A DNA stretch of 31,756 nucleotides. Origin: a candidate division WOR-3 bacterium. Its GTDB lineage: Bacteria; Hydrothermota; Tepidihabitantia; Tepidihabitantales; Tepidihabitantaceae. Made by a program: the position numbers and the translations under genes. Location of the stretch: NCBI GenBank assembly GCA_965648905.1, contig CBFGIT010000029.1, forward strand, positions 1 to 31,756. Reading direction: 5' to 3'. Below are positions 25,919 through 31,756 of the stretch, one piece after another (position 1 is the stretch's first letter; each line of letters begins with the position of its first letter). The notes beneath the pieces are model-generated. The model was not told the origin of the DNA and made no database searches. It saw nothing but the letters and a program-made list of their open reading frames with translations.

Positions 25919-26135
25919 GGACACCGACCTTCACGCCGGCATCTTTGCCGACCTCGATGCGCGGGATCTGCTGGTGCTCGGACTGGATCGACTCGATGAC
26001 CTGGGTGTGGTCGGTGGTGTGACCCTTGATGTGGATTCTGTCGCCCACGGCAATCGGTGCCTCGGTGGCCTTGATAATCGCCACCCCGACCTTGCCGAAG
26101 TAGTGCGTGACGATACCGACTTTGGTTTCAGGCAT
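25878..26135 (-). CDS. Stand-alone translation-factor-type beta-barrel (EF-Tu domain II / U32 C-terminal-like) protein
   Basis: VGIVTHYFGKVGVA...VGDRIHIKGHTT...IESIQ..H...GVKV...DVVYKV; AGGAGG RBS. Confidence 0.8.
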   Translation of the reverse strand: MPETKVGIVTHYFGKVGVAIIKATEAPIAVGDRIHIKGHTTDHTQVIESIQSEHQQIPRIEVGKDAGVKVGVHAHEHDVVYKVTD

Positions 26136-26179
26136 TGCTTCCTCCTAGCTGATGGGGACGCTACCCGTTTTGGCAGTCA

Positions 26180-27475
26180 TCACGGGTAGATTTTCTCAAG
26201 CATGCGCGGGAACGGAATCGTCTCCCGGATGTGCTTCAGTCCGCAGACCCAGGCGACCGTGCGTTCCAGGCCCAGGCCGAAACCGGCATGGGGGAACGAA
26301 CCAAACCGGCGCACGTCAAGATACCATTCGTATGCGGCCCGGGGCAGCTTGTGCTCGGCGATGCGCTTCTCCAGTTCGGCGAGGTCGTCCTCGCGGACCG
26401 AGCCACCGACGATTTCGCCGTAACCTTCAGACGCAATCATGTCAAAGGCGAGAGCAAGGCTGTAGTCCTTCGGGTCGCGCTTCATGTAAAAGGCCTTAAT
26501 CGCCGCAGGATAGTGGTGGACCAGCACGGGCCGGTCATGCGCCTCACCAAGCATCGTCTCTTCCTCAGCGCCGAAGTCATCCCCGAGCTTCAGGGCCTTG
26601 CCTTTGTTCTGGAGCAGAGCGATAGCATCGGCATAGCTGAGGCGCGGAAACGGCTTCTTCACGGCTTCGAGCTTTGCCAGGTCACGCTCCAGTTCAACAA
26701 GGTCGGACCGGTGTTTGGTCAGTACGCGCTCAACCGTGTAGACGACCAGGTCTTCGGCCAGCTCCATATCACCCTCGAGGTCGAGGAACGCGGCCTCAGG
26801 CTCAAGCATCCAGAACTCGGTCAGGTGTCGTCGGGTCTTCGACTTCTCGGCCCGGAAGGTCGGGCCAAAGCAGTAGGTCCGGCGGATGGCAGCAGCCAGC
26901 GGTTCGTTGTAGAGCTGACCGGACTGGGTGAGAAAGACCTGCTCGCCGTAGTAGTCGACCGGAAAGAGCGTGGTCGTGCCTTCGACCGAGGCGGGCGTGA
27001 GAATCGGCGTGTCGCCGAGCACGAAGTCGTGTTCGTCCAGATAGTCGCGCATCGCCTTGACCATGGTGGAGCGGATACGCAGCACCGCAGCCTGACGCCG
27101 GGAACGCAGCCAGAGGTGGCGTTGGGACATCAGGAACTCAATCCCGTGTTCCTTGGGCGTAATCGGGTACGGCTCGGCAAGCTGGATGAGTTTCAGGTCG
27201 GTCGCGGTCAGTTCATAGCCGCCGGGCGCGCGCTTATCCTCGCGCACGGTTCCCCGGACTTCGACCGACGACTCCTGGGTCAGCTTGTCAGCCAGCTCGA
27301 ACGCCGGCTCAGGAACCTGGTTCTTCAGGAACACGCACTGGATAACGCCGGTGCCGTCGCGGAGCAGGATGAAACGAATCTTGCCGGAAGAACGGGTGTT
27401 GTAGACCCAGCCGGAGAGCGTAACCTCCTTGCCGGCTGAATCGGCGATGTGCTTGATAAGGGTTTCCTGCGGCAT
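26180..27475 (-). CDS. asnS: Asparagine--tRNA ligase
   Basis: N-terminal OB fold (LRDGTG); RHLWLRS, LTQSGQLY, FRAEKSKTRRHLTEFWM, GEIVGGS, PHAGFGLGLER. Confidence 0.96.
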   Translation of the reverse strand: MPQETLIKHIADSAGKEVTLSGWVYNTRSSGKIRFILLRDGTGVIQCVFLKNQVPEPAFELADKLTQESSVEVRGTVREDKRAPGGYELTATDLKLIQLAEPYPITPKEHGIEFLMSQRHLWLRSRRQAAVLRIRSTMVKAMRDYLDEHDFVLGDTPILTPASVEGTTTLFPVDYYGEQVFLTQSGQLYNEPLAAAIRRTYCFGPTFRAEKSKTRRHLTEFWMLEPEAAFLDLEGDMELAEDLVVYTVERVLTKHRSDLVELERDLAKLEAVKKPFPRLSYADAIALLQNKGKALKLGDDFGAEEETMLGEAHDRPVLVHHYPAAIKAFYMKRDPKDYSLALAFDMIASEGYGEIVGGSVREDDLAELEKRIAEHKLPRAAYEWYLDVRRFGSFPHAGFGLGLERTVAWVCGLKHIRETIPFPRMLEKIYP

Positions 27476-27481
27476 GACTCG

Positions 27482-27509
27482 ATTCTAGTTTCGGCCCGGC
27501 CCAAGTCAA
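27482..27509 (-). promoter_or_regulatory. asnS promoter (probably leaderless)
   Basis: TTGACT-16-TAGAAT, 6 nt before ATG 27475. Confidence 0.65.
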
Positions 27510-27601
27510 CCGGAGGCGCAGGGGCCGAGTTCGCGACCGAGTCGCCCAGAGCCAGTGAACGCTGCGCACAGAACAGGCTGCGGCCGCCGAACCCTGCCTG
27601 G

Positions 27602-27630
27602 TTGACACGTGGACGAAAACGGCCTAATCT
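27602..27630 (+). promoter_or_regulatory. Promoter for the 1288-aa gene
   Basis: TTGACA-17-TAATCT. Confidence 0.5.
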
Positions 27631-27685
27631 GAATCGTCGCGTCAGCGGCGGAGCGTAAGTCTTTAGGTCATGAAAGAAGGTTGCC

Positions 27686-30600
27686 ATGATAGGACGTTTG
27701 CTTGCAGTGTCCCTTATCGTTGCCGGGTCGGCGCTCTTTGCCGACATCATCCACGTGCCGGGTCAGTACCCAACGATTCAACAGGGCATCGACGCAGCCC
27801 GGGCCGGCGACATCGTGCTGGTGGCGCCCGGCCACTACCGCGAAGAGATTGTGCTCAAGGCCTCGGTCATTGTGCGCGGTGCGGGCGAGGGCCGGTCGAT
27901 TATTGACGGCCAGGGCGATGCCGGCGACGTCGTCCGCGCCATCGGCAACGCCATCGGCCCGGACACGAAGCTCGAGGGCTTCACCATCACCGGCGCGCAC
28001 AACAGCGGCGGGATGCCGGGCGGCGGCGGCGTGTTCTGCAATTCCGGAGCGCGGCCGGACATCGGCAACTGCCGGATTGAGGGCAATGATTGCGGCATCG
28101 CGCTCTGGAACGGCTCGACCGCCTACATCCATAACTGCGTGGTGGCGAATAACACCTACGACGGCATCAGCACCGGCGCGGGCGCGACCGTCGTGAACAA
28201 CACGATTCACGGCAACCGCATCGGGTTCTACGACTACTCGGGCTACGGCCCGGTGTTCATGAACAACATCGTGACCGGGAGCACGCTCTTTGGCGTGTAC
28301 GGGCCGAGCGGCGGCACTCCGCCACAACTCACCTACAACGATGTCTGGGGCAATGCCACGAACTACCAGCAGGCGACGCCGGGCGTCGGCAGCATCTCAC
28401 GCGACCCGATGTACCGGGACACCGCAAGCGGAGACTATCACCTGCAGCCTGGTTCTCCCTGCATCGACTCGGGCAACCCGGCGGCCCAGTACAACGACCC
28501 AGACGGCTCGCGCAATGACATGGGCGCCTATGGCGGACCGGGTGCAACTTCGAACCAACCGGAGATAACCACGCTGTTCCCGCCCCAGAACGCGCTACAC
28601 GTCAACCCGGCCACCGATGTCGGAGCAGGGTTCAACATGGCGATGAACTGGTCAACCGTGACAAACCGGACGTTCACCGTGCGCGGCGCGTGGACCGGAA
28701 CGCACTATGGCGCAATGGCCTTTGACACGTTGGCCAATGTTGTGACCATCGACCCTGATGCGGACTTCGTGGTCGGCGAGCCGGTGAGCACGGTACTGAG
28801 CAAAGGCATCGTCTCGGCCCTGGGCGACACCTTCTCCGGGTTCGTGTGGAACTTCACCTCCCGCGTGGCCGGCGGCTCAGGCCGATTCTCGGTGACTCGT
28901 TCGGATATCAGCCGGGCCGACCCGCTTTCGCTTGTCACCGGCGACTTCAACTCGGACGGTCATCTTGACGTGGCATCATGCACCGACATCGGCAAGCTCG
29001 GGGTGTTTCTGGGCCGGGGTGACGGCACTTTCGAGACCGAGCGCGTCGACTCGTTCGGCGGAGCATGGACATTGTGCTGTGCTGACTTCGACGGCGACAG
29101 CGCATTAGACCTGGCTCTGGCCATGGCTTCGAACCATATCGGCGTACTGTTCGGTCACGGCGACGGCACATTCGACCCGCCGGTACGCTACGCGTGCGGC
29201 AGTACTCCTGTCCAGGTGGCTGCAGCAGACCTAGACGTCGACGGTGACATCGACTTGGCCGCGGCCTGCTTCAACGGCCAGTGCATTTCGGTCCTGCTGA
29301 ACGCCGGCGACGGCACGTTCGCACCAGCGGTCTCGGTTTCTGACCCGGGTGCTCCGTCTGGTCTTGCCTGTGGCGACCTGAACCGGGACGGGTTCTTGGA
29401 CCTGGTGTCGGCCAACATGGGCTCAAACGACCTGGCCGTGTTCATCGGCAAAGGTGACGGCACATTCGACTCGCTCGCGCGCTATGCCGCCGGATACATC
29501 CCGTTCCGACTGAGTCTCGCCGACTTCAGCGAAGACGGCGTGCTGGATGTTGTCGCCGTCAATCAGGAATCAGCCAACGTTGTTGTGTACCTGGGCGACG
29601 GCACCGGCCGCATGCGCAGCCGCACCAACTACGCCGCGCCGGGCGAACCCGCGGGCCTGCTTGCAGCCGATTTCGACGGCGACGGGCACGAAGACCTGGC
29701 CATCTCCGGAACCAACGTCGTGAGCGTCTTCCCAGGACGAGGCAACGGTTCGTTTGGCGCCCGGACTTCATGGGCCAGCGGCTCGAACTCCTCGGGGCTC
29801 ACCCGCGCTGACCTTGACGAAGACGGAGACTTGGACCTGGTTGTGGCGCGGTATTCTGCCGGCTACATTACGGTGCTCTTCAACGACGATGCCCTGTCCG
29901 TGACCCGGGTTCTGCCTCAGCAGCACGCGGTCGCGGCCGAGCGCAGTGCAAATCTCGAGGCGACGTTCAACCTGACACTGAACCCGGTCAGCCTCGACTC
30001 GACCAGCTTCCTTGTGTTCGGCGCGATGACCGGGTTGCATCGGGGCAGCATCAGCTATGACAGCACGACTCTGACCGCGACTCTGGACCCGCGGCAGGAC
30101 TTCGCTGCGGGCGAGCAGGTTTCGGCCGTGGTCACGAACCGGGTGCGGGCGCGGACCGGGGTGTACTTGCGCGGGTTCGGCTGGAACTTCACCTCGCGCG
30201 TACCTTCGGGGTCTGCCGGCACGTTCGGCACGCAGAACAGCTACTCGACCGGGGCCGAGCCGCGAGGAGAATGGTGCGCCGACTTTGACGGTGACGGTGA
30301 CATCGACATTGCCACCACTTCGAACTCGCCGGCTGCGGTCTGTCTGCTCAGGAACTCAGGCGACGGCACGTTCGCCGCGCCGGTGTACACGAGCGTCGCC
30401 CAGGACCCGATATCGCTGTTCGGGGCTGACCTCGATTCAGACGGCGACGTGGACCTTGCCTGCTTCCATAACGAACCGGGTTCGTCCCATCTGGAAATCC
30501 TCAGAAACAACGGCTCCGGAGTTTTCACGGTCTCGCAGACCCTCTCACCCGCGGTCCTGGGCCAGCAGGTCCGGGGCGGAGACCTGGACGCAGACGGCGA

Positions 30601-31552
30601 CATCGATTTGGTACTGAGCGACGGCTGGGGTTCGCAGGACAACGTACGGGTGATGACCAACAACGGCTCAGGTGCATTCTCAGGACCGGCAAACTACTCG
30701 GCCGGGTCGTGGGCACGCGGCGTATCCGTGACCGACGTGGACAACGATGGCGACATGGATATCTGCGTGGCCAACGCCGGCAACGACAACCTGAGCGTGC
30801 TGTACAACGACGGAATCGGCGGATTCAGCAGCATGGCCAACTTCAGCACCGGTGCCGGCCCGTCCGGGCTGTACACCAATGACCTGAACGGAGATGGCTG
30901 GACCGACCTTGTCACCACGCACCCAAGCGGCACACAGGCGAACGTGCTCCTGAATCGGGGTGACGGCTCGTTCGCACCCCCGGCCGCGTACGGCACGCGG
31001 GTCGGGCAGATGACGGTATGTGGCGGTGACTTTGACGGCGACTCAGACGTCGACCTTGCGTTCTCCGGGTACAACGCGGACAGCGCGGCCGTGCTCCTGA
31101 ACGACGGACACGGCATGTTCGGCGGGCTCGCGCTTTACCGCACCGCCAGCCCACCCTGGCACGTCGTGACCGCAGACTTCAACCGCGACGGCGCACTCGA
31201 CCTTGCTTTGCCCTGCTACTCCGCGGGTAGCGTATCGGTGCTTCTGGCGACCGGACTGGGACTCACCAGCACCAATGAACTGAAGGCAAAACGTGTGCTT
31301 CTGCTCAGCCCGAACCCATTCCGCACGTCCCTGGCCATCAACCTGAACCCAGGCAGCGGTGTCAAGACGCTCTTGACTGTATCAGACGTGGCCGGTCGAG
31401 TTGTGCGAACGTACCAGACACTGCCCGGTCACACCACACTGGTCTGGGATGCGAAAGACGACCAGGGACGCCGCGTCGCGCCCGGGGTGTTTTTCGTGAA
31501 AGTCGAGGCTGGCACCTCAAACTTCGTAGAGAAGGCAATCCTCTCGCGCTAG
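27686..31552 (+). CDS. Large secreted modular protein: right-handed beta-helix, two (Ig-like + FG-GAP/VCBS propeller) modules, FlgD-Ig/T9SS-like CTD
   Basis: IHVPGQYPTIQQGID and DYHLQPGSPCIDSG..DMGAYGG (beta-helix); Big_5-like domains ending W(N)FTSRV twice; many DxDGDxD repeats; SPNPF...WDAKDDQGRRVAPGVFFV. Confidence 0.88.
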   Translation: MIGRLLAVSLIVAGSALFADIIHVPGQYPTIQQGIDAARAGDIVLVAPGHYREEIVLKASVIVRGAGEGRSIIDGQGDAGDVVRAIGNAIGPDTKLEGFTITGAHNSGGMPGGGGVFCNSGARPDIGNCRIEGNDCGIALWNGSTAYIHNCVVANNTYDGISTGAGATVVNNTIHGNRIGFYDYSGYGPVFMNNIVTGSTLFGVYGPSGGTPPQLTYNDVWGNATNYQQATPGVGSISRDPMYRDTASGDYHLQPGSPCIDSGNPAAQYNDPDGSRNDMGAYGGPGATSNQPEITTLFPPQNALHVNPATDVGAGFNMAMNWSTVTNRTFTVRGAWTGTHYGAMAFDTLANVVTIDPDADFVVGEPVSTVLSKGIVSALGDTFSGFVWNFTSRVAGGSGRFSVTRSDISRADPLSLVTGDFNSDGHLDVASCTDIGKLGVFLGRGDGTFETERVDSFGGAWTLCCADFDGDSALDLALAMASNHIGVLFGHGDGTFDPPVRYACGSTPVQVAAADLDVDGDIDLAAACFNGQCISVLLNAGDGTFAPAVSVSDPGAPSGLACGDLNRDGFLDLVSANMGSNDLAVFIGKGDGTFDSLARYAAGYIPFRLSLADFSEDGVLDVVAVNQESANVVVYLGDGTGRMRSRTNYAAPGEPAGLLAADFDGDGHEDLAISGTNVVSVFPGRGNGSFGARTSWASGSNSSGLTRADLDEDGDLDLVVARYSAGYITVLFNDDALSVTRVLPQQHAVAAERSANLEATFNLTLNPVSLDSTSFLVFGAMTGLHRGSISYDSTTLTATLDPRQDFAAGEQVSAVVTNRVRARTGVYLRGFGWNFTSRVPSGSAGTFGTQNSYSTGAEPRGEWCADFDGDGDIDIATTSNSPAAVCLLRNSGDGTFAAPVYTSVAQDPISLFGADLDSDGDVDLACFHNEPGSSHLEILRNNGSGVFTVSQTLSPAVLGQQVRGGDLDADGDIDLVLSDGWGSQDNVRVMTNNGSGAFSGPANYSAGSWARGVSVTDVDNDGDMDICVANAGNDNLSVLYNDGIGGFSSMANFSTGAGPSGLYTNDLNGDGWTDLVTTHPSGTQANVLLNRGDGSFAPPAAYGTRVGQMTVCGGDFDGDSDVDLAFSGYNADSAAVLLNDGHGMFGGLALYRTASPPWHVVTADFNRDGALDLALPCYSAGSVSVLLATGLGLTSTNELKAKRVLLLSPNPFRTSLAINLNPGSGVKTLLTVSDVAGRVVRTYQTLPGHTTLVWDAKDDQGRRVAPGVFFVKVEAGTSNFVEKAILSR

Positions 31553-31609
31553 CCCGGCGTTGCTGGTGGTACCTGTCTGCGTGCAGCGCACAGGCAGAGG
31601 CAGGCGGAG

Positions 31610-31643
31610 GAATTCCGGGTAGAATTCCGGGAATTCCGGGGAC
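31610..31643 (+). repeat. Triplicated GAATTCCGG ending in GGGGAC
   Basis: GAATTCCGGG TA GAATTCCGG GAATTCCGGG GAC. Confidence 0.7.
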
Positions 31644-31756
31644 GGGTTTAATGTCAAGCCGTGCGTTAGCTGCTCTCCCCTGAGACAAGGCTGACGACGG
31701 CGTCGGCCCATTTCTTGCTGCCCTGCCGCTTTCGATCGGTGTGATGGCATGCTGCG

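Noticed and set aside
9411..27439. Long antisense or alternate-frame ORFs (e.g. 9411-10517, 15964-16971, 24812-25669, 26231-27439)
   Set aside because: Shadow ORFs expected from high-GC codon bias opposite well-supported genes
31660..31756. Possible 3' end of a minus-strand gene (…KKWADAVVSLVSGESS*)
   Set aside because: Too short to establish frame or identity

Overview
GC-rich bacterial chromosomal region. The T9SS-like C-terminal sorting domains suggest the FCB superphylum, possibly candidate division WOR-3 (inference). It carries eight intact secreted proteins ending in a T9SS/FlgD-like Ig C-terminal domain (CTD): a YVTN propeller, FG-GAP proteins, a C25 peptidase-like protein, three tandem Asp-box propellers and one further propeller. 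It also has an internally deleted pseudogene of the same class, a four-gene 2-oxoacid:ferredoxin oxidoreductase operon, addB-addA, asnS and small ORFs. The standout feature is a complete IS1111-group (IS110 family) bridge-RNA recombinase element at 6028-7312. Its sub-terminal IRs, AG core, circle-junction promoter and putative target and donor guides can be read from the sequence, and it sits in phase inside a degenerate 12-bp tandem array. Also notable: several sequence-unrelated 7-bp tandem arrays embedded in frame in coding sequence, a ~190-bp CTD cassette shared at ~90% identity by unrelated genes, GGGGAC REP-like motifs at a gene breakpoint, and a promoter-driven ORF-less structured region (candidate ncRNA).
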